Part shown: positions 44,986-58,276 of the stretch, piece after piece
Layout of the letters: every line of letters begins with the position of its first letter
Position numbering within the stretch: the stretch's first letter is position 1
Assembly (NCBI GenBank): GCA_965240325.2
Contig: OZ251222.1
Span: forward strand, 2,728,001 to 2,792,000
Direction of reading: 5' to 3'
Origin: Rebecca billardiae RCC1528
Lineage: Eukaryota > Protista > Haptophyta
Length of the DNA stretch: 64,000 nucleotides
Position numbers and translations under genes: made by a program
The notes under the pieces: model-generated
The model's input: the letters and a program-made list of their open reading frames with translations, nothing else
Databases searched by the model: none
Told to the model about the DNA's origin: nothing

Positions 44986-47699
44986 ATGGCGAGCCTGAAG
45001 CAGACGCAGATCGGCTGGCAGAGCTATGAGGCGGCTGGTATCATCAGCCGCGAGCAGCTCGAGATGCTCTACTGCTACGACAAGCAGCCCATCTCGACGC
45101 AGGTGGCCCTGTTCATGCAGGTGCGCGCCCGCGCCCAGTCGGTGGCGCTGCATCAGCGTCTTGATGCGCCGCGCATCAGCGGCGCGTGCATGGGTGTGAG
45201 GCGGCATGAGCACGACCGTGGGCACTCGGCGCACGGCTATGCATGCCAGTGCTCACCTGCCGTCCCCGCGTGCCCGCACGTGCACCCCCCCTGCGCGCCC
45301 CGGCGCCCGCGCGCCGCAGCGTGGCGAGGCCTACGTCGAGCTGTTCGTGGTCATCCTGCAGAACGTCAACAAGGAGGAGACGGTGCAGTACGTGCTGGCT
45401 ATGCTCGATGATCTGCTCGTGGGTGCGTGCTGCGACGCGCCCCCCATTGGCGCACGCGACGCGCGCTCCTACGGCCGGCCAGGCTTGCTCGCTGCGCGCG
45501 GGCACTCGAGCTGAGCCCTGCGCCGCGCACGCCCGTGTGCATGCCCTGCGCGCTCTGCGCCCGTGCCTGCAGCCAAGCCTGATCTCGGCCTGTACTGGCA
45601 CGAGCTCCTGCGCAACTCGGGCGCCGAGGTCGACCCGTTCGCGCCGATCATGCGCCTCCTGGGCCGCACCAACGGCTTCATCCTCGAGAAGGCGGCGCTG
45701 GTGCTCGGCCGCATCCTCTCGCTCAAGTCGCACACCCTCGGTGCGTGCCCGGGCGTGGCGCGGGGTGGGTGGCGGGGCGGCGGGTGGCGCGCCGCCGCGC
45801 GGCGAGAGTGGCCGGAGGATGGCGTGCGGGACGGCGGGGGCCAGCTCGTCGAGGCCTGCTGGCTGCGGCTCAGCCTCAAGGCGCCGGACCCTCAGGCTCG
45901 ACAGCCAGCCTCGTGCGCGGCAGCGCACCGCCGGCGCGGCGTTGCCAAGCAGCCGGCCAGCAGCCAGGCCTCTGCGGGGCCAGCCGAGGTCGGTCGGCGC
46001 CTCTGGAGGCTCCGGCATGGAGGCCGGGCCGGGCGCCAACGCACGCGCCTCCGACGCCTCGGGAGCCCGCCTTGGCCGCGCTGCCACTCGCGCAGTCGAC
46101 CACCTGCTCACCTGCGCACCCGCACACGGCGCGTGCGACTCTGCCCGCGCCGGCCTTTTGCGCCGCCGCCGCTCGCCGCTCGCCGCGCAGGCGTTGAGGT
46201 CGAGGAGGTGACGGAGTCGGACGAGGTGACGCAGCGCCACCTGCTCACGTTCACCGAGTGGATCTTCCACCAGGTCCAGACGGCGCACAGCCTCGAGATC
46301 AACGAGGTGCGCGCTCTCGCGCAGAGGCGCCGCGCCGCGCGCACCGGGCTGGCACCGCCTCGCCGTGCCGCGCGGGCGGTGTGGCGCAGCGTGGGGCGTG
46401 CAGGCGGTGGGCGACCTGCGAGCGTGCACGCGGCGGGTGCTCCGGCAGCCCCCGGTGGGCACACGCGCGCGTGCTCACGCACGGCGCCCCCCCTCCTTCC
46501 TCCCCGCGCGCGCCCCTCGCGCGCTGCAGTGCCCCAAGCTCCACTACGCCCTCTCTGCCATGATGGCGCTGCTCGTGACCGACACGGGCCGTGGCGCCGT
46601 GATGGAGGTGAACGGGCTGAACACGATCGTCTCGATGCTCACCCGCGCGACCGCCATCATGTCCGAGTCCATGTCGCCGTCGACGGTGCAGCTGCTGTAC
46701 CAGGTGCGTCCCGCCGCGCATCCCAAGGCCCGCGCGCGCGCGCGCACCGAGGCGGCGGCTGGCCGCGCGCGTTCGCTCGGCGCTCACCCTCACGCCCCCC
46801 ACCCCGCCTCCCGCGCCGCTCGCTGCGCGCGGCGGCTGCTGCGATCTGCGCGCGGCCTGTTGGCTCTGCCCTCGGCGCGCAGCTCGTCTTCTGCCTGTGG
46901 TGCCTCTCGTACAACAAGGACATCGCGGAGCAGATGGCGGGCGGCGAGCTCAAGGTGATCCCGCAGCTCGTGCACATTGCCAACACGGTCGTCAAGGAGA
47001 AGGTCTCGCGCGTCTGCCTCATGACGCTCAAGAACATGCTCGGCCACGGCGCGGGCAACGCGAACGACCAGATGGTGACGGCGGGCATCATGAAGGTGCT
47101 CTCGACGCTGGGCACGCGCAAGTGGGCGGACGAGGACATCGCCGAGGACATCTCCGAGCTCAACGAGTCACTCGAGATCGACGTCTCGGCTCTCTCCACG
47201 TTCGACGTGTACAAGACGGAGGTCTACTCGGGCGCGCTCGAGTGGTCGCCCTCGCACAAGTCGACCCAGTTCTGGTCGCAGAACATCTCCAAGTTCTCCG
47301 AGAACCAGTACCAGATTGTGCAGACGCTCATCGGCATGCTCAAGGTGCGCGCCGCGCCCGCGCGAGCCGAGCGAAGCCGCTGCCGCCGCGCGCAGGTGGC
47401 GCTCGCGCGCCGACGCGCGCCGCTCACCCCGCGCCCGCCTCCCGTGCCGCACCCGCCGTCCGCCCGCGGCGCGCGCGTCGCAGTCCGAGTCGTCGAGCCC
47501 GACGGCGCTCGCGGTCGCGTGCCACGACATCGGCAACTTCATCCAGTACCACCCGGACGGCCGCAAGCTCGCCTCCTCCTTTGGCGCCAAGGAGCCGCTG
47601 ATGGGGCTGCTGACACACCCGGACGGGGACGTGCAGAAGCACGCGCTCACCACCACGCAAAAGCTGATGGTGATGAACTGGGAGATGCTCTCCAAGTAA
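44986..47699 (+). CDS. ATP6V1H: V-type H+-ATPase V1 subunit H, about six introns
   Basis: IGWQSY, ETVQYVLAMLDDLL, VQLLYQ|LVFCLWCLSY, VKEKVSRV, KWADEDI, LEWSPSHKSTQFW, LAVACHDIGNF. Confidence 0.95.
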
Positions 47700-48673
47700 G
47701 CGGTGAGCCAGGCGGGACGAGCGAGCGCCGCGCGCGCAGCGTCGGCGCCCCGGCCGGAGGGCTGGCGGGGGGCGGCGTGCAGCGCGGCGTCGGACCAGGC
47801 GAGCTGCGTGGGCAGCAGCGGAGGCGTAGGTGCTCGGGCGCGCGAGTCACTTGATCATCAACGGCTCATTCAGTCATCAATCACAACGAGCACGGGTTGT
47901 CGGCGAGGCGAGGGTCTGACTCCGTGGGCGTGGTCACTTGCATTCATCGTGACTCTGACGCATTCGCGACTCGCCGGCAGCGGCGGCAGTCGCCGCGCGT
48001 GGCGTCCGGGCGGCTCAGGCTGCTCAATCGCGTCGATCCGGTCAGCACGCTGATGCGGGCCACGCGCTTGCAGCCGGACCGTCCCGCGTCCTGACGCGAT
48101 CGGCGATCAGCCATCTGCGCCAAGCTGCGGGTCATACTCGCGCGCCGGCCGGGCGTGGTGGTGAGGGAAACTATGTGGTTACGAGTGATGTGGCTAGCAG
48201 GTCGTACTCGTAGTCGTAGTTCCGCACGGCACGTCAACGTGTTGCCACGGGCCACGTGAGTGACGTACGTGAGTCGACGACGACTGCTGAATCTCACTGA
48301 GTCGTGTCGTCGGTAGTGTCGTGTCACTCGTGACTCCGTGACTCAGGTGACTCGGTCTCGTGTCCGTCGTGTGACCGTGTCTCGTGACGCGACTAGGCAG
48401 TAGCCGCGGAGTCGTATCATCATATAGTAGTAGCAGTGCGTCTGCAGCATAGGCTCGTCCGGATTCCGGAAGACCCGGGCTGCCAGGTACATTACTAAAT
48501 AAATAGTCATGACAGTCACAGACAGCAGCTGAATAAGAGACTCAGACGGACCGAGTCTCAGCCGACGAGACTCGATCTGATATAGACTGCTTATAGAGGC
48601 GGCGTCGGAATCCGACTCAGTGGCAATGGCACCAATGTCAATATGGCATCAAGTCAACAGTCATCATCACGAG

Positions 48674-49557
48674 TCACGTCTTGGCCTTTGGCACCAGCGC
48701 AGCCGTGGCGAGCTCGACGAGCTTGTCGAAGTCCACCGCGACGTACTTGCCCCAGAAGGGGCACGAGCGCCACTCCATCGCGCCGAAGGAGACGCTGCTG
48801 ATGCCGTGCATCACGCGCGCGATACTGACGGCCGTGAGCGCGTGCGTGCCGCTGTACCGCCGCACGAAGACGCGCATGTCCGCGTGCGCGTACTGCAGCT
48901 CCAGCCACTGCCGCTTGCGCGCGGCCGCGTCCACCACCGGCGCGTCGGCGTCTGGGTCAGCCGTGTCAGCGGCGTGCGGCGCCCCGCTCGCGCCGCGCGC
49001 CCCGGCGGGCTCGTCGGCAAAGTACGCGGCGATCTCGCGCGCGAGCACGTCCTCCTCCGGCCGCTCGGCCGCGCGCGTCATCATCCCGTGCAGAGCGTGC
49101 ACGCGCGCCGACTCGAGCCGCTCGCGCGCCGCGAGGACCGAGCAGAGCGCGCGGCCGAGCGCCGGGACGTCGGCCGGCTCGGCGAGCAGCTCGAGCTGGG
49201 TGGAGCGCTCGCGCAGCCGGAAGCTCAGCTGCTTCGCCTCCTGCAGCGCGCTCAGCTCGGCGCACACCGCCTCGAGCGAGATGTTGAACTCCGCCGCCGC
49301 GCTGCCCAGCTCGGCCACGTACGTCCCGTCGCGCGTGAGCTTGGCGCGCGCGAGCACGTGGTGCATCAGCGGCACGCGCGCGCGGAGCTCCTCGGGCGAG
49401 GCGCCGCTGAAGGTGATCTCGGCGGAGGAGTGCACGTCGGGGAGCCGCCGGGCGTAGCGCACCGCCGTGAGCGCGGCGGCGGCGGCAGCGGCGGCGTCCG
49501 AGGAGCCGTCCGCCGGCCCAGCCGCCTCGGCCGCCTCGGCCGCTTCGGCCGCGGCCG

Positions 49558-49608
<51 letters not shown>

Positions 49609-52501
49609 CCGCGCGCTCGGCCGCTCCGGCATCGGCGCCCTCGAGGAAGGCGAGGATCGTCATGATCGTCTCCTCGGTCATGTCGAGCTCCGCGCACATG
49701 GTCGGCGGCTGCAGCAGCACCGTGCGCGGCAGCGCGCCGCCGCGGCGCTGCCGGCAGAACACAGCCTCGAGCAGCCGCCCGACCGCCGCTGCGTCGACCG
49801 CGCTCGAGTGCGCGAGCGAGCTGAGCCGAATCCGGTCCGTCTCATCGAAGAGGCACACGCACTGCCCGCCCTTTCCGTCGCGCCCCGCGCGGCCGCTCTC
49901 CTGCACGTAGTTCTCCGGCGAGCGCGGCAGCCCGCAGTGCACGACCGCGCGGATGTCCGCGCGGTCCACGCCCATGCCGAAGGCGACGGTGGCGACGAGC
50001 AGCGGCACGGCGCCGCGCTCGAAGCGCTTGTGCACGCGCTCGCGCGCCACCTGCGACAGCCCCGCGTGGTAGATCTGCACGCTCGGCTCGCCCGCGGCGC
50101 GGATGGCGGAGGCGGCGGCCTCGGTGCCCGCGCGCGTCGAGCAGTACACGATGGCCGGGCGCGCGCCCTTCAGCTCGCCCAGCAGCAGCCGCGCGAGCTG
50201 CGCGTGACGCTCCGACCCCACCGAGCGCACGGCGCGCAGCCGCAGGTTGGGCCGACTGGGCGGGCGCGCGAGCAGCCCGCCGCCGCCCGCGTCGTCCGCC
50301 GGGATGCCCAGGGCGCGCATCACGGAGCGCGCGGTGCGCGGCGTCGCCGTCGCGGTGAGCGCGAGCACGCAGCGCACGCGCAGCTGCTCGCGCAGCACGC
50401 GCCCCAGCGAGAGGAACGACGGGCGGAAGTGGTGCGCCCACTGCGAGACGCAGTGCGCCTCGTCGACGCACGCAAACGAGAGCTCGAGCGAGCGCAGCGT
50501 CTGCACAAACGCCGGGCAGAGCAGCCGCTCGGGCGAGACGAAGAGGAGCTTGGGCGAGGGCGTGGCCGAGTCGGAGAAGTCGTGGCGCAGGCTCGCCAGC
50601 ACCGCCGTCGCCTCCGCCCGGCTCTGCGCGCTCGTCAGCCGCGCCCCGATCAGCTCGGGCGGCAGCTTGCTCAGCTGGTCCTCAATCAGCGCCAGCAACG
50701 GCGACACCACCAGCACGAGGCCCCGGCACAGCAGCGCGGGCAGCTGGTAGCACAAGGACTTGCCCGCGCCCGTCGGCAGCACGACGAGGGTGCTCCGCCC
50801 CGCGAGCACGCGCTCCACCACCTCGCGCTGCCCCGGCCGGAAGTGCTGGTGCCCGAACACGTCGCGCAGCGCGGTGAGCGGGTCTGCGCCGTGCCAGCGC
50901 GCGGCCGCGGCGCGCGGCCGGCGGGCGGGCGCGGGCGCGGCAGCCGGCATGGTCGGCGCGGGATTACGCCGCAGCCGCGGCGCCGACGAGCTTCCGGCGC
51001 CGTCCGCCGCGCCGGATGCGCCGGGCTGCGGCGCGCCCTCCGGCGCATCCTCCGCCGACACCGCCGCCTCTGCCTCGCCCGCGCCCGCCGCCTCCTTGGC
51101 CTTGGCCGCGGCGATCACCGCCTCGATCTCGGCGGGCGAGATCGCCATCGGGTCGGCAAGAAGGCTCGCGCTGCCGCCCGCGGGGCGCGCGGTGCCGTCG
51201 AGGCTCGCGTGCATCATCTGCCGCCGCCGGCGGCCGTCGCGCGCCTGCCGCCGCTGGTTCGCGCCCCCGCGCTTGAGCCGGATGGGCATGGAGCGCTTCA
51301 GACTCGTCTTGACGAAATTGTCGTTGGCGCGGTTGCGCACCGGCGCGGCCGGCTTGGCCGAGCGGCCGTGCTTGCGCTTCGGCTGAGCCGCCGCGCTTGG
51401 CGCGGCGGCGGAGGCGCGCTTGCGCTTGGCGCCTGCCGTGCCGCCCGAGGCCGAGGCGTGCGCGCGTCCGCCGATCGCGGCAGCCATCTCGTCCTCCTCC
51501 TCCTCCTCCTTCTCCTCCTCCGAGGACTCATCACTCTGAGCGCCCAGCCTCGCCGCAGCCGGGCGGCGGGCGCGGCGTGGCGCGGCGCGCGGCGCGCTGC
51601 TGCGCGCCGCCGGTGCGGCGCGGGCGGAATGGAGCACGTCCTCGTCACACTCGGCACCGCTCAAGCCGGCATCGCCGCCGCCCCCCGCGCCCTCGTCGCC
51701 GTCGTCCGTGCGCTCCAGAGCGCCCGCGCCCGCGGGCGGCAGCAGCCCCAGCTGCCTGAGCACCTCGTTGTTTGCGGCGATGTTGGCCTGGCGCGCAGCC
51801 TCGGCCTCGGTGGGCGCGGTGCTCGCCATCCACGCCCACTTGCAGTGCAGGCCCGGCTCGGGGCACACGCAGCCGCGCTCCACGCTGCACAGCACCATCT
51901 TCGCCGCCGCCGCCTCTGCATCTGGTGGAGGTGCGCACGGCTCGCACGTCCGCTCGTGCTCGTCGGTGCTGCGCGCGGGCGGCGGCACTGCCGAGCGGTC
52001 CAGAATGCCGCCACCGCGGATGCCCGCGACGCTCGGCACGGATAACGGAGCCGCAGACAACGGCACGTCGCGCTCCGTCCACGGAAGCGCGAGTCCGCCT
52101 GAGCGCACTGCGACGTCCGCACGGCCGCCATCTGGCGGCGCCGCTTGCGCTCGCGAGCTCCCCTGCGAGGCATCGACACCGCCAGGCGCCAGCTCGGAGG
52201 GGCGCGGGGCGTGCTTGGAGAGGCGCAGAAGACGGCTTGGGCTCATGATCTTGCGGCGCTGCGCGTTGCCGTCAGCGAGCGGCATCGCCGGGCGCGCGGG
52301 CTTGCTCGCCGGCGCCGGCGGCTGCGCAACGGTTGATGCGCTCTTGGCGCGGCGATAGTCGGTGTACAGAGCCGCGATCTCAGGGGTGGCACTCACCTCG
52401 GCCTTCGTCGGCTCCCGCCCATGCGCATTCCGGAACGCGCGCTCCCACTCCTTGATCGCCCGCTTCAGCTCGCCCGCGTCGGCGCCGCTCGTGTCGGGCA
52501 T
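48674..52501 (-). CDS. RECQL4: RecQ4-type helicase with Sld2/Drc1-like N-terminus, intronless
   Basis: LKRAIKEWERAF...GREPTK, DNFVK, LPTGAGKSLCYQLP, VDEAHCVSQWAHHFRPS, ATVAFGMGVD, YVQESGRAGRDG, IARVMHGISS...FWGKY. Confidence 0.95.
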
Positions 52502-52794
52502 CGAGGCCAACCGTCGTTCGACGAGCAAATTCAACCACGATCGCAGCGTGTCCGGAGCTGTCCAGTGGCATCAACGGTGTTCTGGCCACTCGGACTGGTA
52601 GTACCGGTCGGGAGTACCCTTGCCAGTAGCCCAGTACTCACAATTATGAGGCGCCGGTCTTTCTTGTTGACGAACGGATTCCTCCGCCGCGCGAGCTGCT
52701 CCGATGCAGTGGTGAGCAGCGTTGACGAATGAACAGGCTTGGAACAGGCCTCCCGTGAGCGTGCTAAACGACGTGCGGCCGTATGGGCTCGATC

Positions 52795-53067
52795 ATGGCG
52801 CCAAACTTCCAACGACGAGAGAACCGGCCGTGGGGCGCGGTCGTGCTCGCACTCGCGCTCCTCAGCGTTGGCATCTTCTCGCTCACGCTATGGCTGCTCA
52901 TCATGTTCGGCGCTCTGGATGCGTCATGGACGGAGAGCGCGTCCCCGCTGTTTGTCGTGGGGATGCTCGGATTCTTGCCCGGTTTCTACGAGACAAGAAT
53001 AGCCTACCTCGCGTGGCGCGGATGCCCTGGCTACTCTTTCGAGCAGATCCCACGCTTCGATGATTAG
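52795..53067 (+). CDS. TMEM230: TMEM230-family membrane protein
   Basis: PW.AV.LA...FLPGFYETRIAYLAWRG..GYSF..IP.FDD. Confidence 0.9.
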   Translation: MAPNFQRRENRPWGAVVLALALLSVGIFSLTLWLLIMFGALDASWTESASPLFVVGMLGFLPGFYETRIAYLAWRGCPGYSFEQIPRFDD

Positions 53068-54084
53068 CAGCCGATTCTCGCTACATGTACAATCTCTGGG
53101 CATCGCTGCTCAAGCGGAGCGTTGCAGGGCGCTTGGGCTGAAGCTGGAGCCTCAAGCGCGCCGAGCTGTCCGAGCCGGGCCGGGCGCGCCGCACGGGGCC
53201 GGGCCGGCGGCGGATACGACTGGCTCTGTGGCTCAGGCTGTTCGCACCGCTCTCGCGCTCAGCCGCGGCGCATAGGCACTCAGGGCACTTCGACGTATAG
53301 ATATATATCGGCAATGTATGGCACATGCTGCTACGGTTAAGCGTTACTATGGTCCAGCCAATCATCAGCGCTCGCCCGTCGCTGTCTGGCGCGGGTAATG
53401 CTGATTCCGCGCGCGGACCGCCGCCGAGTCCCGGGCGCCGACCGCGCCGTCTGCCGGCAGACAAGCCAGGAGGCGACTTGCTGAGGTGATGTCGATTCAG
53501 GTAATCGATGGCCAACGCCGGCGATAGGCCGACGTCGGCAGCGCGCAATGTGGCCCCGGTGTTGCCGGAGGCGAGCACGCAGATCATGAGTACGACGGTA
53601 CGCGGACCGAGCCGTCGAGGACGTTGAGCGGAACAGAGGCGGTGAGCACCCGCAGCGGCCACGGCAGGCTGCGAGATCGCACGCGAGCGTGCCTCCCACC
53701 CGCGTTGGTGGGAGATCACTCGGCGCCTAGCCATCGCCGAGCCCGCAGCCGCGTCGAGCAGCCGCCCGCCGGCTCCGTCGCCGGAGCCAGCGCGATGAAG
53801 CGCGTGTCGGCGTCGCCCGTCACCGGCCGACATTGCCAGCACGCGCCGCGGCTGGGCGGCCGCGCCCCTCGCACACTCCCCACCGCTCGCCCTCGTCGCC
53901 CTGCCCGCGCAGCCGCGATCACGACCGCCGTCCCTGCCCGCGGCCGCTCAGGGCCCGCGCGCCACCGAGGGCATGTGCGCGGCGAGCAGACGGCAGACGC
54001 CGTCCGCTGCCGGCGCGGCAGCCGCGCCGCACACGCCGACGTTCACGCTGGCCGAGCCGCGCGCGCGCCCGCTGCGGCGCGCGC

Positions 54085-55411
54085 TCACGCGGCCGGCTTC
54101 TGCGCGTTTTGGATCGTCCAGTCGAAGACGTGGTCGTACTGGTAGCCCTCGCGGAAGAAGAGGTCCTTGAAGAGCTTCCGCAGGTACGAGTAGTCCGGCT
54201 TGTCGGCGAAGCGCAGCGAGCGGCAGTAGTTGAGGTACACGGCAAACTCGTTGGGGTACCCCTTGCACAGGATCTCGACCGGCGTCGACATCTTCTTCTC
54301 CGAGATCATGTCGTACTTCTGCTTCTTCGTGGCCGCCTTGAGCCCCTGCCACGGCAGCGAGCCGCGCAGGAAGTACATCAACACATAGCCGAGCGCCTCG
54401 AGGTCGTCGCGCCGCGACTGCTCGATGCCAAGGTGCGTGTTGATCGACGCGTACCGCGCGGTGCCCGTCAGGTTCTTGTTCTCGCGGTACGGGATGTGCT
54501 GGTGTGTCTTCGGGTCGCGGTACTTCTTCGCGAGGCCGAAGTCGATCACGTAGATCTGGTTGGCCTTGCGCCCGAGGCCGATCAAGAAGTTATCCGGCTT
54601 GATGTCGCGGTGGATGAAGGACTTGTAGTGGATGTACTCGATGCGTTGCAACTGCGCGGCGCGCGCAGCAGAGCGACGAGCGCGCGCCGCAGCCGCCGCC
54701 GAGTCCAATCAGGAGCCAGCGCGCGCGCGCGCGCGCGCCGTGCCCAGCCGGTGCCCGCGGCTCCACAGCTCGCGCGCGCGGGCGTGCGCGCGCGACGGCC
54801 CCGCGGCGCGCGCGACGGGGCGCGCGCGCACCAGCTGCTCGGCGATGATCAAGATGGTCTTCGTCGAGAACTTGCGGTTGCAGAAGTTGAAGAGATCCTC
54901 CAGCGAGGGGCCTAGCAAATCCATCACCATCACGTTGTAGTCACCCTCGACGGTGAAGGAGCGGACGTTGGGGATACCCACGCCGCCGGCGAGGATCTTG
55001 TACAGCTTGGACTCGTAGAGCAGCTGCGGATGCTTGCTCTTGATCGACTCCAGCTTGATCGCAACCTCCTCACCCGTCGTCACATGCGTCCCTGCGAAAA
55101 CAGGCGCCGCGGCACGCGCATGGCGCACACGACGTGGCGATCGGCGGGGAAGGGGCGCGAAATGAGAGCGTGTGGTGACAAGGCGCGGCCACCACACCCC
55201 TCGCCCCCTGATTCGGCGGCGGTCCACAGCCACGCGCGCTCCGCCTGCGGATGAAGAAAAAGGCTCATCTGCCGGACGCCCGCGGGCGCGTGCCGCGGGC
55301 TGGGGACGCGCGGGTCGCGCGGGCGGGCAGCCCACCGAGGTAGATGTCTCCAAACGACCCGCTCCCGATCTTCCGGCCGAGCCTGTACTTGTTCGCCACC
55401 CGCAGCTCCAT
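54085..55411 (-). CDS. CSNK1: Casein kinase 1; exons 55411-55336, 55091-54832, 54651-~54089; C-terminal tail exon beyond ~54088 unresolved
   Basis: [63 protein letters not shown]. Confidence 0.96.
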
Positions 55412-56030
55412 GGCTGCCGCGCGCCACGCAAAGGAGTGGCCTAGCCAAGCAAGGAGCCACCTCCCCCCAAAGCAAGCCAAGATCACCGCGGCCACAGCGC
55501 CCGAAACCCCTCCCGGCCGGATCAGCCTCGTCCTGCTGCACGACACGCGGCTTTCAGAGCGACTGCTACCCGTTTGTATCTGTTCGCTCAATTACGACTT
55601 CATCAACTGCCAGTATCGTTTTTACTGGGCCTCTGACGTCACGGCGGGCTCTTTTGCCGTTTCATATGACGGCGCAAGTACGCGCATGGCACCCACATAC
55701 AGTAGTACTGTATGTCTCGGATGCGTTGACTTGGCTGGCCAATGGGAAGCCGGAAGCAGGCATCTCCCGCGAGATTGCGCACGGATCGGATTCAATGTTG
55801 CATTTAGGGTTATTGGAGTTTTGAGTTTCTGAGTATTCAATTTGTTTTTGAGCAAAAAGAGGCTTGAGATAGGCCTTTTGCTCGGCCTCGCTCGCGCCAG
55901 CCCTGCGCACCCGGGTGGCGCGGGGGCGGCGGCGCTTCCGCGGGAAGTCGGAGCGAATCTTGCCGCGCGGCCCTGCTTGTCGTCGCCTGGGACCGCCGTC
56001 GGACCGACGCCGCTGGTGCCGTCGCTCGTG

Positions 56031-58276
56031 ATGGCGAGCGTCCTCGCCGGCCTGCTGGGCGGTGGCGCGAAGAAGGCCCCCGTGTCACCAAAGGTCAACG
56101 AGAACAAGGCCTATCTCAAGCAGCACCCCTCGCTGCAGGGGAAGATCGACGAGGCGCTGAACGCTTGCCTTGCGGCGCAAGGGCGCGCGTGGCCAGATGA
56201 GATCGACCCCGTGGCGTACATCGGCGGCGCGCTGCGCGTCGAGCCCCATCTCAAGTCGAACATGGCGCTGCTCGGCGCCGACGAGATGCGCCTCGCCAGC
56301 CTGCTCGTGCAGATCGGCCAGGCCCACCTCTTTGCCAAGTGGCCGCCCGCCGGGAAGGCTGACGACGACAAGCGCCGCTTCTTCGAGCAGGTGGCGCAGC
56401 TCGACACGCAGTACCCGGGCGGGCTGCGCGCATACTACGACAACGCAAAGGTGCTGCTCGCGGAGGCCAAGGAGGGCAAGAACCCCCTCGACGGTGCGCG
56501 CGCGGCCCGGGGCCGCGGCACGCCATGCGCGGCGAGGCTCGCAGGAGCTGCGCGGCCGCGCCGTACGTGAGCCTGCCGCCCGCCCGACGTGTGCGCGCGC
56601 GCGCGTGCACAGGCTGGGTGCCCGAGGTGCCCGAGGGCGAGCGCATCGCCGCGGGCTCCACCCGCTTCTTCACCCTCGAGAAGGCGGGCATGGAGGTGGT
56701 CGGTCAGACCGGCTTTGTCCTGGTCGCCGGCGGGCTCGGCGAGCGGCTGGGATACAACGGGATCAAGATCGCGCTGCCGTGCGACACGGCGACGGGGAAG
56801 AGCTACATGCAGTGGTACGCGGAGTACATCCTCGCCTTCCAGGCGCGCGCCTGCCGCGCCGGGCGCAAGATCCCCCTCGCCATCATGACCTCGGACGACA
56901 CGCACGAGAAGACCGCCGCCTTCCTCGAGCAGAACGGCTACTTTGGGCTCGCGCGCGAGCAGGTGACGCTCATGAAGCAGGAGAAGGTGCCCTCGCTCGT
57001 GGACAACTCGGCGCGGTTCGGGCTGAGCGCGGACGACCCGTACAGCCTCGAGACCAAGCCGCACGGCCACGGCGACGTGCACAGCCTCATGTGGACGCAG
57101 GGCGTCGCGAGCGCGTGGCACAAGGCGGGCATCAAGTACGTCGCCTTCTTCCAGGACACGAACGCGCTCGCGTTCCGCGCGTTCCCCGCGATGCTCGGCG
57201 TGTCGGCGAAGTGCAAGTTTGAGTACAACTCGCTCACCGTGCCGCGCACCGCGGGCGAGGCCGTCGGCGGCATCGCCAAGCTGCGCCACACCGACGGGCG
57301 CACGATGACGCTCAACGTCGAGTACAACCAGCTCGACCCGCTGCTGCGCGCGACCGTCAACCCGCAGGGCGACGTGCCCGACGAGCACGGCTGCTCGCCG
57401 TACCCGGGGAACATCAACGTGCTCGTGCTCGAGCTCGGGCCGTACCGCAAGACGCTCGAGGCGACCTCCGGCCAGATGCCCGAGTTCGTCAACCCCAAGT
57501 ACAAGGACAGCTCGAAGGACGTGTTCTCGAAGCCCACGCGCCTCGAGTGCATGATGCAGGACTACCCGCGGCTGCTGCCGCAGGGCGCGCGCGTCGGCTT
57601 CACGCAGCTCGACCGCTGGATCGCGTTCAGTCCGGTGAAGAACAACGCACAGGACGCGGCGAAGAAAGCCGCTGCGGGCACACCGCCCGAGAGCGCGTCC
57701 ACGGGCGAGGCCGACATGTACAACGCGTGCTGCACGATGCTCGACGCGTGCGGTGCGCGCCGCGCCGCGCCCGTCGTCGCGCGCAGCGCGCGTCAGCGGC
57801 TGACGAGCGGCGCACGCGCGGCGCCCCGCCGCGGTCACGCCGTGCGCACCTCCGCCGCCCCACGCGCAGGTATGACCATCGAGCGCGACGTGTCGAAGGA
57901 GTACCTCGGCGTGCCAGTCTCCCTCGCGCCCATGGTGCACCTCAGCCCGGCGTTTGCGCCCACCTGGAGCGAGCTGCTCAAGAAGGTGAAGGGCGGCAGA
58001 GTGAGCGCGCGCTCGGCGCTCATCGTGGACGGCGAGGCCACGCTGAGAGGCCTCGAGCTCGACGGCGCGCTCGTGCTGCGGCCCCGCTACGGCGCGAGCG
58101 TGAAGATCGACTCGCTCAAAGAGACGAACGACGGCTGGGCGTTCGTCGAACTGCCACAGAATGGCGGCGCAGAGCCGGAGGAGATCAAGATGCGCGGCTA
58201 CAAGCTCGAGAAGAAGAGCGCGCGGACGATCGCCTTCAGCGACGGCAAGGAACATAAGGTCCTGGCCGCGAAGTGA
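56031..58276 (+). CDS. USP: UDP-sugar pyrophosphorylase with N-terminal extension; introns 56494-56612 and 57753-57869
   Basis: YPGGL..Y..NA..LL, FVLVAGGLGERLGYNGIK, IMTSDDTH, KPHGHGDVH, FFQDTN, NVEYNQLDPLL, EFVNPKY, TRLECMMQD. Confidence 0.95.

Noticed and set aside
49558-49605. 9-bp tandem repeat in RecQ4
   Set aside because: An ordinary in-frame low-complexity (ASG)n linker.
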